A DNA stretch of 63,431 bases, counting the filler, from Octopus bimaculoides (taxonomy: Eukaryota), in the NCBI RefSeq assembly GCF_001194135.2. It is 5 parts of 5 records of this genome, joined end to end, with 100 filler letters (N's around TTAATTAATTAA, not from the genome) between each part and the next. Parts side by side here need not be neighbours in the genome. Positions count along the whole stretch, not along the records: positions 21,671 to 39,016 come from NC_068995.1; positions 39,117 to 49,928 come from NC_069002.1; 3 more parts are not named here. The stretch is one strand, 5' to 3'. Positions 35,232 through 49,387 of this stretch are shown piece after piece. The notes under the pieces were generated by a model. That model searched no databases. It was not told the origin of the DNA and saw nothing but the letters and a program-made list of their open reading frames with translations. Position 1 is the first letter of the stretch; each line of letters begins with the position of its first letter. Both the position numbers and the translations under genes were made by a program.

Positions 35232-37796
35232 CGATGGGTTTCTTTCAATTTCTATCTACCAAATTCACTCATAAGACACTTGCCCAAGGTACCACGCAAT
35301 GGAACTGAACAGAGAACCGTGTGGTTGGGAAGCAAGCCTCTTACTTCACAGCCATGCTTACACCTTACATACATACATGCATGCATACATATGTATATTA
35401 TATATTCAAGGTGCAGATATGACTGTATGGTTAAGAAGTTTGCTTCCCAACCATGTCTCCGGTATATTCCCACTGCTGGGCACCTTCGGCAAGAGTCTTA
35501 TACTATGAACCTGGGTCAACCAAAACTTTTTGAGTGGGGTTTGGTTGACAGAAACTGAAAGATACCTGTCATGTGTATGTTGTTCATTTCCAGTCTTCAA
35601 TGGAAAATATGTTTGGCCATGGGAAATATTAGTTCACTTAGAAACAGATGAGGGTTGTTGACGGAAAAGGCATCCAACCATAGAAAATGTTCCTCAATAA
35701 ATTCCATCTGATTTGCACAAACCTAGAAAAGTGGTGTTAAATGATGATGAAGCGGATGATAATATATATATATATATAGTTCAAATTTACAGAAAACAAA
35801 AAACAAAGACAGGTGAGGGAATAACAAGCCAGTGCATTAGTTTGATGCTCAGGAAGAATGGAAAAGTCTTTGTTTTGAGTCTATGCTCTTCAACAGAATG
35901 GGTTGAGAGAAAACAAAACAAAAAAAAAAACACCAGAGAGAAAAATCTTTTGTCTGTATAGATGAACATGTGTGCATTTATATATTTGTATGCATACATG
36001 TGTGTGTCCACATGCAAATAGTTATACACAAACACATACATTCAAGAAAATCTTTGCATAGTAGTTCCACCTGTTAGAAATAACACCCAAATCTTGCTCA
36101 GTGTCACATGCTACCATATTAAAAAGAAAACAACAGAAAGACACATTGGATAAGAAGGGAAAAATGCAACATGATTATAACTTGAATACTTTAGATCATA
36201 GATCTACTTTATTCTTTTACTTGTTTCAATCATTTGACTGCAGCCATGCTGGAGCACCACATTAAATGGATTTTTAATTGAATAAATCAACCCCAGGACT
36301 TATTCTTAAACTACACTTTAGTATCTGTCACGAAAATTGAAGTACAAAGACAAAAATATTGAAATAGAGTAGTCAAGGACATTTTTTTTTCTCTTTCTGA
36401 AAATGTAGAATAGAGAATAAAAGACTTTTGTGTGTGTTGAGGACACTGTGATGTATTTTTGATATATCACTGTGGCTAATGGTGAAGCCTCAAGCTCTCA
36501 AAGCATTTTTTTTTTTGGTTGGGACTGGGGTACTACACAAAACAAAACATCAATCTTCAGCTTTTATAGAGTAGAAGGCCCCACTGACAATTCTCTAATT
36601 GGACCCTGCACTTTCTAGCACCGACCCTGTTGAGAGTACACCTTGTTACCACCACCTTTATCTCTTTTGCCGGCTTCTTTCATTTACCCTTATGTAATAC
36701 ATGGTAGCCATGTATATCTTTTACCACAAGACACCTGTTCCTGTCTCCCTTTCATTCTTTAATCTCTCAACACCTGATATAAAGCCAGCTCCCTCTCTAC
36801 TATGCACCCACTCAGTTGAGGGTGCTTGTCTTGCAACTGTTGGTGCAGTGTAAAAGAAAAAAAAAGCGCCCAATACACTCAGTAAAGGGGGTCCAGCTGT
36901 AGAAACAATGCCTAAACAGACGATGGAGTTCAACACAGCGTTGCAGCTTGTCAAATCCTGCCGAGTGGAAGGGAGATAAGTGATGAAGGAAATAACTGTT
37001 TTTTAAATTTTTTGTAATGAATTGTCTATGTTTAAAAATAGAAACAGTTGATTGCAAAACCCTTTGTGAGTGAATTTTTAATATAATTTATATTGGATTC
37101 AGTTTCAGGAGTGCAGCAACAATCTTCTACCTCACAACACCCCTTGTTTTCTTTAATTACCTACATATATATATATATACACACGTATGTATGTACAAAC
37201 ACACATTGTTATCATCCCTGTTTTTACATATTTTTTCTATGCTGGCACAGATCAGATGAGTCCTACTAAAACAGTTTTCTAAGGCAGGATACCTTTCTTG
37301 TTGCTAACTTTTTATATGTTTTTCAAGTAAGTTATTCTTTTTTTCTTTTTGTTCACATTAATCAATGATGGAAATTGATAAACTCTGGAAACATACAGGG
37401 TGCTGACAGTATGTTTAGTGGGTTATTTTGATATCAAGATGCTTCAACCCATGTTCACCACTTACTGTATTACCCTCTATCCATCTGCCACTCTAGCAAA
37501 CTAACCTACCCGTTCACTCTATCCAATCTTCTGTAACACTTCCTTTATATTCACCTTCTTGTAACACACTGACATATCTTCACAGTTACCTTCTCTCTTT
37601 TCCAACCTGTTTCTGTCTTTCTATTTTACTTTAATCTCTCATCTTTAACATGCTTGTGTTTGTCTGACCACCACTTGACAACTGGCATTAGTTTACTTAC
37701 ATCCCTGTAATTTAGCAGTCCAGCAATGAGAGACCAACAGAATAAGTACTAGACTTGGAAAAATAAAAGTAATGGGGTTGATTTGTTTGACTAAAC

Positions 37797-38109
37797 CGAG
37801 GCTGGACAACCTGAGGCCGCATGTGGCCTGCAGACTTTTATCTTGTGGCCTGCTTGATACTTTCTGGTGAGTTTATTTAAACAAACATTTTAAAAATTGC
37901 ATCAAAAATTAAAGATTGTAATGGAAAGTAAAAAAGAAAGATATTGTTTTGTGACAATAATATTTCATGTTGAATCACTGATCAATTCAATCATTATTGT
38001 AATAATAGCACAAGAAAGCAAAATGCTTTCAATTCTATCAGTATATAAGCGGCCCTCAAAATACTCTCTGTGATTAAAGTGGCTCAGAAGGTAGAGTTGG
38101 CCAGGCCTG
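37797..38109. mobile_element. hAT-type MITE with 8-bp TSD, inserted in a SINE
   Basis: TSD gactaaac at 37789-37796 and 38110-38117; 14-bp TIRs match at 10/14 (cgaggctggacaac vs caggcctggccaac). Confidence 0.85.
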
Positions 38110-38437
38110 GACTAAACCCTTCAAAGCAATGCCCCAGCATGGCCACAGTTTAATGACCAGAAAAACTAAAAAGGATATTGGTCTAATCCATGCAAACATG
38201 GAAAACTATATGTAAAAAGCAAAAATGAATAAATAAAATAATTCATTGTTTATTTAACATTTTTATTTCCAGTTGAGCAGATAAAAAACTTTTTTGTTTT
38301 TCTTATTTTGGTATAAAATAAATTTAAAAAATTAGAAAAGATTTTTAAGCAAACAAAATAGTAAAGCCAAATTTGCTTGTAAAAAGGAGATAAGTGTATT
38401 TAGAAGAATATAACTTTTTTTTTTTTANNNNNNNNNN

Positions 38438-38475
<38 letters not shown>

Positions 38476-38496
38476 GGATGTACTATATACACATAC

Positions 38497-38535
<39 letters not shown>

Positions 38536-38845
38536 TATACACACATGTACATACATATACATACATACATTTATATATATATGCATCTCAATATATACAT
38601 ATACATATAGATGTATAAATCACACATTCTCATATATATATATACACACACACATTTCTCTCTCTTTCTATATATATATATATATACTCACATATTCAAA
38701 CAGTACTTGGCAGCATATAAGATGCATCCCTATTTTACAAGAATATTTTGCAGAAAAAACAAATTTAAAAACAACAAAAAAAAATACACCTTATATGCTG
38801 GCAATTACAATATATACATATATATATATAAACACAGACACACAG

Positions 38846-38878
<33 letters not shown>

Positions 38879-38937
38879 CACATATATATATAAGTACCTA
38901 TATGTGTTTGTATATATGTATATATACATACATACAC

Positions 38938-39016
<79 letters not shown>

Positions 39017-39116
39017 NNNNNNNNNNNNNNNNNNNNNNNNNNNNNNNNNNNNNNNNNNNNTTAATTAATTAANNNNNNNNNNNNNNNNNNNNNNNNNNNN
39101 NNNNNNNNNNNNNNNN
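39017..39116. other. Synthetic scaffold linker N44-TTAATTAATTAA-N44
   Basis: Same 100-bp structure as 21571-21670. Confidence 0.97.
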
Positions 39117-39174
<58 letters not shown>

Positions 39175-39732
39175 GTGAGAGCAGTGCATGCCATCAAAGT
39201 AACACTGGAGTAACATATAGGAAGCCCATTATACCCATCATGACTACCCGTCTGATAAGGGTACACCAGGCACATTCATCACAACCATATGTGCGCGACA
39301 TGGTGATCTCATATCAACATGAACAGCGCATGACCCTGCAGTTGGGGTCCAGTTAGAATTTTCTTCAGGTCGAGTAGCCCATCCCACTGAAAAGGTTCCG
39401 CATAAGGTTTGTTTAAGGATGTTGAACGAAACAGCCATGATCTCAAGGGTGAATTTTCCAAACCGCAAAGAATTCCTCTCAACACATGGCTATGATTCTC
39501 CTCCACTACTTCTGCTCGCGATCAGAGATGCACATATCATTAGTCACCAAGAAACATGCTCAACTGGTTAAGGTAAAAAGACTGACAAGCAAATCTGTGG
39601 TATTGAACAGAATATTTGCTGTAGCCCATCTTTTCTACACAGAATAAACAATGTACATGATAACATTTCCAAACAGTTTAGATAAGAAGCCATGAGAGCA
39701 ATTCCGGGTACTATATCTAGGCATAAGGGCAT
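39175..39732 (-). mobile_element. R4/Dong-like element 3' UTR embedded in (TAA)n
   Basis: Reverse complement of the 3' UTR at 18160-18519, extended further 5'; both ends lie in TTA runs. Confidence 0.75.
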
Positions 39733-39790
39733 TTATTATTATTACTATCATTATTAAAATAATAATAATTATTGTTGTTATTATTATTAT

Positions 39791-40062
39791 CTCTTTATCA
39801 CAGGTCTTCTTGGAGCTCCTGGAGCCTTGCATACGTCGCAGGTTTACTAGCTGCAGCCTATGGTACCAAGCTATTCGTTCTTTTCAACTTTCTAATACAT
39901 TCCCGATTATTCTTATCTTTATTATCATTCAGTAGTCATATTTTTATCACGTGCTTTCGCTGCAGTACCGAGCGCAGCTCTTTGTGTCTTGGATACGTGC
40001 TGTGGTTTGTTGTGATGCTCTTATTTTCACTGTATTGAAAGTGTTTTACGTAGGATGTGTAC
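39791..40062 (-). mobile_element. Second R4/Dong-like subfamily, 5'-truncated (…HILRKTLSIQ* plus 3' UTR), in (TAA)n
   Basis: Same C-terminal motif as 17643-17816 (HILRKILSM*) but a different 3' UTR; flanked by TTA runs. Confidence 0.7.
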
Positions 40063-40170
40063 TATTATTATTATTATTATTATTATTATCATTAATAGTA
40101 TTATTATAATTATTATTCTCTTTATCACAGCTTTTGTTGGAACTCGCGGAATCTTGCATGCATAGCGGGA

Positions 40171-40233
<63 letters not shown>

Positions 40234-41698
40234 TATTACTATTATTATTGAGTGAGAGAGCAGTGCATGCCACCAAAGTGACATTGGGGTAAAATATACG
40301 AAGCCCAGTTACACATCATGACTNNNNNNNNNNNNNNNNNNNNNNNNNNNNNNNNNNNNNNNNNNNNNNNNNNNNNNNNNNNNNNNNNNNNNNNNNNNNN
40401 NNNNNNNNNNNNNNNNNNNNNNNNNNNNNNNNNNNNNNNNNNNNNNNNNNNNNNNNNNNNNNNNNNNNNNNNNNNNNNNNNNNNNNNNNNNNNNNNNNNN
40501 NNNNNNNNNNNNNNNNNNNNNNNNNNNNNNNNNNNNNNNNNNNNNNNNNNNNNNNNNNNNNNNNNNNNNNNNNNNNNNNNNNNNNNNNNNNNNNNNNNNN
40601 NNNNNNNNNNNNNNNNNNNNNNNNNNNNNNNNNNNNNNNNNNNNNNNNNNNNNNNNNNNNNNNNNNNNNNNNNNNNNNNNNNNNNNNNNNNNNNNNNNNN
40701 NNNNNNNNNNNNNNNNNNNNNNNNNNNNNNNNNNNNNNNNNNNNNNNNNNNNNNNNNNNNNNNNNNNNNNNNNNNNNNNNNNNNNNNNNNNGTTTTTGTT
40801 ATTGTTATTATAATTATTATTATTATTATTATTATTATTATCATTTTTGTTATTGTTGTTGTTGCTATTATCATTTTCTTCCTCTGAGCGCTCGGTCTCT
40901 TTTGCTCTGGTTTGTGAGACAGAACAGTAGTCTGTTGTCAGAGGTCTCACAAAGAACTTCTAGCTTTGGTTTTCACACTTTATTTACTATCTTATAAAAA
41001 ATATAATATAATATAATATAAAGAAATGATAGAACATTTAATGTCCATTCTGACTGAATCTAGTACTTTCATGCGTTAAACTATGCAATCTTCAGGTTCA
41101 TGTAGTAGTGGTGACAGTTATGGTTTACAATTTACAACTGTAGTGAGATAGGCGCAGGAGTGGCTGTGGGGTAAGTAGCTTGCATACCAACCACATGGTT
41201 CTGGGTTCAGTCCCACTGCGTGGCATCTTGGGCAAGTGTCTTCTACTATATCCTCGGGCCGACCAAAACCTTGTGAGTGGATTTGGTAGACGTAAACTAA
41301 AAGAAGCCCGTCGTATATATGTATATATATATATATATATATATNNNNNNNNNNNNNNNNNNNNNNNNNNNNNNNNNNNNNNNNNNNNNNNNNNNNNNNN
41401 NNNNNNNNNNNNNNNNNNNNNNNNNNNNNNNNNNNNNNNNNNNNNNNNNNNNNNNNNNNNNNNNNNNNNNNNNNNNNNNNNNNNNNNNNNNNNNNNNNNN
41501 NNNNNNNNNNNNNNNNNNNNNNNNNNNNNNNNNNNNNNNNNNNNNNNNNNNNNNNNNNNNNNNNNNNNNNNNNNNNNNNNNNNNNNNNNNNNNNNNNNNN
41601 NNNNNNNNNNNNNNNNNNNNNNNNNNNNNNNNNNNNNNNNNNNNNNNNNNNNNNNNNNNNNNNNNNNNNNNNNNNNNNNNNNNNNNNNNNNNNNNNNN

Positions 41699-41752
<54 letters not shown>

Positions 41753-42049
41753 TGTGTTTGTGTCTGTCCCCACCATCGCTTGACAACCGATGCTGCTGTG
41801 TTTACGTCCCCGTAAGCTAGCGGTTCGGCAAAAAGAGTCCGATAGAATAAGTACTAGGCTTACAAAGAACAAGTCCTGGGGTCGATTTGCTCGACTAAAG
41901 GCGGTGCTCCAGCATGGCCACAGTCAAATGACTGAAACAAGTAAAAGAGTAAAAGAGAGTAAAGAGTATGGCTAAACTGTGTGCCTTAAATACATTTGTA
42001 CAGGCTCCAGAATATTAATTTTTGCAAACTGTATTCTGACCAATCAGTG

Positions 42050-43170
42050 TGTAATTTTACTAAATTACTTAAGTTGAGTGGTGTTTGGTTGAGGTGTCGC
42101 AGTTTCTTGAACATGTCCAGAGACCTGTATCTTGACCCTGGCCAAAGCATTAATTGTTGGGCTATTTTTAGAAATGATGTAAACAACATTTCTTCGCCAT
42201 CATGAACACCTTTAGTACTGTTGTTGTTGTTGTTAGTCTTAGTGGTCGTAGCAGTAGAAATAGTACCTCTAAGCATTATTATTATTATTGTTTTTTTAAC
42301 TTGGGTTGGAATCTATTAATAAAGTTGTTTTCTCTGATTTTTCTCTCGATTTCACTTGGACTGCGTAGTTTGTACAATGGACTATGGTTTAACGCTAGAT
42401 AATGTTTACAAAGCTGATAAAACTGGTAAAAATTAGAAGTGATTACCCACAAAAAGCTTTAGCTGGATCAGAGGAGTAGAAAATAAAAGAATTCAAATTC
42501 AATAAAGAGAGACTTAAGTGATGGTATGTACTAATGCTTCTGGAACTCACAAACTTAAGCTTCTTGTCATTAGTAAATCTAAGTGTCCCGAGCCATGAAA
42601 GGAATTTTACCTTTACCAGTATCATATTCTTCAGAAATCGGATAGAGGAGTCAAGAATTGTTCACAAAATGGTTCATGCTAGCATCTGTGCCAGCTGTAC
42701 AAGAGCGCTCTCACGAATTAGGTGCATCTGATTCGAAGTGCCTGCAGCTATTAGACAATTGTAGAGCACATCCACACAAGGCAAAATTAGTGTCATCGCG
42801 TAGGAATGTTTTTGCTTGCTACTTACCACCGAATGTGACATCTCTCATACAACCTCTGGACCAAGGGATTATTTGGAACTTAAAATGTTTCTACTGAAAC
42901 GAATTCGTGATGAATATGATAAATAGCAATGTTAGTATAGGCGATTTCCAGCTCAATTTTACCAACAGATATACCATTTTCCCCTCGCATGTATACGGAA
43001 TCAGTCCTTACCTCCAGTCTGAGAGAAGATATTTGAGATATTGCTTTCACACCTTACATTTTTGAAAATAATGGAAAATCAAAACCTATTACGTTGTGCA
43101 AATAATTCTTTTAAATCTTTGAATACATGTTCATACTTCGCTTTTCTAATCATGGCAGAAATTATATCTT
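42050..43170 (+). mobile_element. Degenerate pogo/Tigger (CENP-B-like DDE) transposase
   Basis: Fragments VYKADKTG, HKLKLLVISKSKCP, LLDNCRAHP and YLPPNVTSLIQPLDQGII; several frameshifts and stops. Confidence 0.85.
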
Positions 43171-43194
43171 CCCTCTCTCTTTCACACGCACACA

Positions 43195-43231
<37 letters not shown>

Positions 43232-43269
43232 ACCCACACACACACACACTCTCTCTCTCTCTCTCTCAC

Positions 43270-43318
<49 letters not shown>

Positions 43319-43626
43319 TATACACACACGCATATCAAGTTTGTATAAAGGCGTGTACGTACGTGTATATATATCATATACATACATATATGAAGGCGCA
43401 TGCCTTAGTGGTTAAGGTGTTGCACTCACAATTATGAGATTGTGAGTACGATTCCCAGACCAGGCGTTGCGTTGTGTTCTTGAGCAAAGCACTTCATTCG
43501 CGTTGCTCTGCAATCATTTCGACATCTGACATGTGGCACCAGTTGCACCTGTGGAGGTAATGTCGATTTGATAGAGAGAGTGAGGTTATGTCTACACACA
43601 CATTTGATCACTATAAATGTCATCCT

Positions 43627-43983
43627 TGTAATTGTTCGATAAGAAATTGTCGAAAACTCATACGTCGTCTAACGATGGCAGAGTCCATCGTATGTATTAT
43701 ACCCTTAAGCCTCCAGTTTCGTAGTGCTGTTGATATTGTCGGTGATAGATAAAGAATACAGTGTAACAGTGTTATAACAATACAAAATAGAAAGAGTGGC
43801 CGTAAACAAACAAGTGACAAACCACCAATATTTTACGATCCCACGATCAATATTTCCAACACACTAACTCGAACTGTAAACTTTACCTGGACTTCGAAAA
43901 CCAAACTACGAACTGCCGACTACATCAGGCCGCTAAGCATCCCGACTGTTCTCGTTAGAGAGTGTCGTACTCTCGCCACAACA
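43627..43983 (-). mobile_element. Putative 3' LTR of the Gypsy element (357 bp, TG...CA)
   Basis: On the minus strand it starts TGTTGTGG right after a purine-rich aaaacggaaga (PPT-like) and ends ...caattACA. No second copy is present to confirm the boundaries. Confidence 0.55.
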
Positions 43984-46900
43984 TCTTCCGTTTTGAGATT
44001 TTGAGGTCCGAAGGAATAAAGAAAATTTATTTATTATTATTAGATCTGAGGATTTTTTTCACTTGAGGTCCCATTACTTTCCGTTTTTGGACATCGAAAA
44101 CATCTAAAAAATACTTCCATAGGAATTTCGCTCCGTTCTTTGGTATGCCTCTTCTTTAGCTGATTTATGTGTCTCCAATGTTCCGGGCGTGGTCTTTTAA
44201 TTTGATACACATTACTTCCTGTTTTTGTTTGGTTGCTAGGCCATCCTTCCAGCCTTCTTTAACATTTCTGTAGGTTTTAAAATACACTTTATCTCCTACT
44301 TCGAAATATTTCGTTGAATATTTCATATTTATTTTACATTTTCTTTTTCTCTGGCAATAACTAATCAAACATTTCATTCTAATCAGGAATATCAACTCTG
44401 AGGGTGACTTTCCTGAATTTGTGCTCGGATTGGGGGTTACTCTGTATACCCTTAAGAATTTTGTTAGTGCTTTGTCGTTACTTAATTCGTTCCTAGTTTT
44501 TCTTAACGTGTTTTGGAACGTGTCCACGAAACTTTCTACTTGCCCATTTGACCTCGATTGGTAGCATGGTATGAAAATATGCTTTATCACATGCATTTTA
44601 CAGATATTCTTGAATTCGTACCCTGAGTATTACGTTCCATTATCAGAAACTAACGCGACTGGAACACCGTATGGTGCAATCAATTCATAGTATTTCTTTA
44701 TAGTTATATTCGCGGTTGGTTTATTGCCCCTGCATACCTCTGGCCACTTTGGACAGCTGTCAACCACGATTAGATAGTATGCGTCGTTCACCAGGCCGGC
44801 ATAGTCGATACGTAACCCAGCCATGATTGATATTTTACCGGCAGAGCATTGGCGGTGAGTGCGCAACCTCGACAAGTTCTCATACATTTTCGATATCCAG
44901 GTCTACAGTCGGCCAACAAAAGCAGCTCCTCATGAGAGCTTTCATCCTCGACATTCCCGGGTGTCCTCTGTGGAATTGCTGCAATACACATTTTTGTAAT
45001 GTAGTCGTTAAAACACCTGTTTCCGCACACATCAGAATATCGTTGAATATTGAAACAACCCGAAGTTCTTTTTTGTATTCTGCTTAATTTTTAAAACTTC
45101 TCCCATTTTTGTAATATACTCATGACCTACAGATTTCATTCTTATATCCTGTGCAGTCACTGGGATTTCTTGGATAGCATTAGTCATAATACCTTTTATT
45201 TCATTTTCTGCCTGCAGAACCATGTAGTGGTTCCGTATTAGTCTCGATAGACAGTCCGCATGACCAATGTTCTTCGATGGAATATACTGCATTTTGAATT
45301 TGTAATTTAGTAATGTTATACCCTAACGCTGTAGTCACTTCGCTGTATGGTTAGGTAACCTTTTCTTTGACACATAAATTTGTAGCGATGGTCGATGATC
45401 TGTTTGTAACAGAAGATTTCTACCAAGTAGAAACCTGTGAAAGTCATTTTCAGCACAGATAATCGATAGGGCTTCTTATATTTCCTCCGTCGCTATCAGC
45501 ACGCGGGAAACATGTATCACTAGCTTCGTACCTCCATCTTTATACTTGCGTAGCAAAACTGCTCCTATTCCGTACTCCCAAGTATTAGACGCTACAACAA
45601 TGTTCATTTCAGGATTGAAATACGCTAGAGACAAATCTGCTATTAGAATTTTTTTTATTTCTTCAAACGAGTTTTGGCATTTAACCGACCAATTCGACTT
45701 TACTTCCTTTTTAAATAAGTCATTCAATGGAACACTTAATTTGTGCATATTAGGAATGTAGTTTTGGTAGTAGCTTGCCAACCCAAGAAAGGCTTGGCAT
45801 TTATTTGTCGGAGCAGGCATATTCGTTATTGCGTCTGCACTTGACAGATCAGGTTGTCTGCCATGTTTATCAATTATTCGCACTAAGTACTTAATTTGAG
45901 GCAAAAATATTCGCATTTTTCTTCACTCAAATTGAACCCGTAGTCATTAATTTTCTTGAACACAACTCTTACATGCTCCACATGCTGTTCACGCGAATTA
46001 CTCTTAATCAATATATCCTCCAAATAAAGAATTGCAAATTCATAATCATATAACATAACGTCCATGAGTTGCTGAAATATAACTGGAGCAAACTTTAATC
46101 CAAAATGTAACCGGGTATATCAGTACAATCCTCTATGTGCATTTATTGTCAGATACTTTGAGCATTTGTCATCTATTTTAATCTGTAAATAAGCGTCAGA
46201 CAGATCCAATTTGAAGAAAATTTTCCACCATTTGATTTTGCAAAAATATCCTCTAGAGTCAGGAGTGGATGGTGGCATGTCTTTAAGCAGTCGTTCAATC
46301 CTGTTAAGAAATCGGCACACAGCCTAATCTTAATTCTTTTCTATTTAATGCACACCCTGGGCGCCACCCACTTAGATGATTCAATTGATTTCCAGTCAGT
46401 CCACCTCTTCTTCATTTACGATTTCAGTTGCTTTGAAGGGTACTTTTCTGTTAGATTTAAATGTAGGCATAGCGTTTTCACTTACTTGAAGACAGGTTTC
46501 AGTCTTTATACATAGACCTATGTCCTCCGATAGTACTTGAGGAATAATCTTTTTTCAATTTTCTCTTCAATTCCTCAGACGATTTATTTCTAACGGGACA
46601 ACCATTTATGTTTTTGCCATAGAGATTTATGGGGAGGTGCCATAAGACAAATAACTCCAAACAATTTGTACCAAACTGACTGATTGCATTCTCCACAATG
46701 AATATTTTTGCTTTGCGTGTTTCACTTCTAAATGTGAGGTCTGTACACATTTCGTCCATGAAATGTAGCTTAATGCCCGTCACGCCACACACAATTCATG
46801 CTGTTTTACTCGACATTAGTTTCCTGATATTTCTTCATGTATCCGCATTTATGATTGAAATATCACTACCCGTATCCAACTGTAATTTAATATTACACCA

Positions 46901-47760
46901 TTTAGTTTTCGCGTGTAGAAATTTTCTTGTTTTATGTCATGCATTTACTTTCTGCTGAATATACCTTAGAACTGTTTGCGTTCGACCCTCGTAATCTCGT
47001 CCTGCAGTGTGAGCTCTTGTAATCAAAATTCGGACAACTATATTATTTTCGGTTTTTAAACGGTGCCTCTTTTTCTGAAATATAGGCCGTATCATGGATT
47101 GGGGCCTGGCACTCTCTTTTGGTTGTAATTTCCCGTTCGACACATCTGTATTTTTGAAAAATTTTTTTTCACGGTCTGCTTCATGTTTACTATTGTTTGA
47201 CATTCTTTTGCAATGGTCTGTAAGCTTAAGTCTTGGTTCGTTTCCTCCATTTTTGAGATTCCTTGCCCGAATTTGCCATAAGGCCTTGCACGAAGGTAAG
47301 GAATTTAAACATATTTTGAGTGATTCCTATACGTTTTGAGTGTTCACACAAACGGTTGACTACTCTGGCAAGTGTAATAAAGTTACCATAATCGTATTGT
47401 GTTAAGTCCCGACCCTCCATTTGGGTGTTAGAAAAGATCTTTGATAGTAACGCAATAGTTTCTTGGAAACTAATCTTACTCACCTTTTGGGGCAATATAA
47501 AGTTACAGTAGTGTTCATGCTCGGCTGGAGCTACCTTGCGTAGTAATAGCCTCACTTTCTCCTCATCCGACCGTGACTTGCAATCTTTGTTAAACATTTC
47601 CTCGTGCATTCTAGAGTACGCAGGAAACATAACCCCCCTGCTCCGGATTATAAGTGAATTCAGAAATCGAGTTCACCGTCTGGCGTAAATGAAGTTAAAG
47701 AATTTTCGGACTTCCTTGACTGTAACTCAATTAAAAGTTGTTGTTTTTATTGTTGTTGTT
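43984..47760 (-). mobile_element. Degenerate Ty3/Gypsy (K02A2.6/Mag-like) gag-pol
   Basis: Order is gag-like (EEKVRLLLRK), protease (QLDTGSD), RT (KLDLSDAYLQ, YLED), RNase H and integrase (RIDYAG, VVDSCPKWPEV, VSDNGT, SNGQVESFVDTF). Many frameshifts. Confidence 0.93.
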
Positions 47761-47989
47761 ATATCAAATCAGCTGGCCTGTCATTTTAAAAGGAGATGGC
47801 TGTAACTGTACTTCAACACGCTCTACTAAACACTGCTTTCCACTACTGACTAATTTGCAGAATACAGTACAGATATGAAGGCAATTTGGAAGCTCTTTAT
47901 ACAACAAAGTTGCATGTGTTACCTGACAAAAACACTGCGGAAATTTCTGTAATGTCACATATTGGTTATGGATAAAGTTTTACGAACAA

Positions 47990-48340
47990 TGCACCTATTT
48001 TCACTGGGACAAGAGGCCATGCAAAGCAAGTCCACTTTCAAACTGATAATGATACTCTTATTCGATATCAAGGGCATTGCCTACATCCATTGGGTTCCCT
48101 TATGTAACACGATCAAAACGGAATACTTTTAAGAGGCTTTCAAAGATTTCAGGATGAAATTTCGTCGCTAAAGTACAGAGAATCTGAACCGGGAAAATTG
48201 CCTCAGTCCACAGTTCCATCCTGGTAACCAACCACATGACAGACATGGGCACCAAAATTGTCACTCACCCATTCTATAATCTAGACCCCTTTCTCACTCT
48301 GACTTTTGGTTGTTCCCCATGATCAATCAGAAGAAGTTCG
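47990..48340 (+). mobile_element. Mariner transposase remnant
   Basis: Fragments resembling HWVP and LVTNHMTDMGTKIVTHPFYNLDP..SDFWLFP. Confidence 0.6.
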
Positions 48341-49327
48341 CTGTGATATGTGTCCTGGACACCTTCAGTTTCGAGGATGTCTGTAGATGTCTCCCTGAAG
48401 TGGATGAGCACAAGTGTAATATAAGTCAGAGAATCCTGCTTTCGAGGAGATTATAATTTTGTACTTCCTTGAATTCTTTTCAAAATCACTCCTCACACAG
48501 TATCAAAACTTCTGGAATGCACCATGTATTGCGTGTTCAAATGTTAACTTACATTGCAATTTTGTAAAGGAAATCATCATTTTGAAGAGTGCAAATATAA
48601 TAACAAATAGTATAAGGTGATACTATATCGAGACACAAACGTTCAGAAAATACTAAACACACCTGAAACCCAAATAAGAATATAAAAAAAAAACATGAAG
48701 ACAATGATTGCCAACACAAATATAAAATAAGAACTATAAAATGCAGAGCTAGAAGAGCAATTAGATCTTCTCTACACAAAACTGGATAAAGAAATTCATA
48801 GCATAAAACTGAAACCAATCAATAATGTCTATTAGAAGTTATAGGCAAAGATATAGAAGAATACAGCTATTAATACAGTGCAAAAAAATTATTAGACATC
48901 ACAGCTATTAAAAGTACACATAATGCGCATTATATGCAATAAATTCATAATAACTATAGAATAGAGGAACATCTGAAAGGTACCTCATAGAATAGAGGAA
49001 AAAATACATTACGTCAAATGATAAACGAACACAATGTAATAATGTAGTAACACATTAATTGAAATCCTTCTTATGAACAACAAACCACAATCATACAATC
49101 ACGCAAACAAGCGACTAATGAACAATGTAATTCATAAGTTGAATTGCAAACGTGAAAGACTAAAATTAATGGCTTCCGTCCTCAATACTCTCATAAATAT
49201 ACGACATTCTACCGACAGCTCACGTTCTATTTACAACGGGCAATTACAATGTACGATAACACGCTATACAAAACAACTAGCCAGGAAACATTAACAAGCG
49301 ACACACGTATTACGCATATTGTATTAA

Positions 49328-49387
<60 letters not shown>

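Noticed and set aside
48549-48818. Hydrophobic 89-aa minus-strand ORF as a membrane-protein exon
   Set aside because: The hydrophobicity follows from the T-rich strand; no family motif and no convincing in-frame splice pair.
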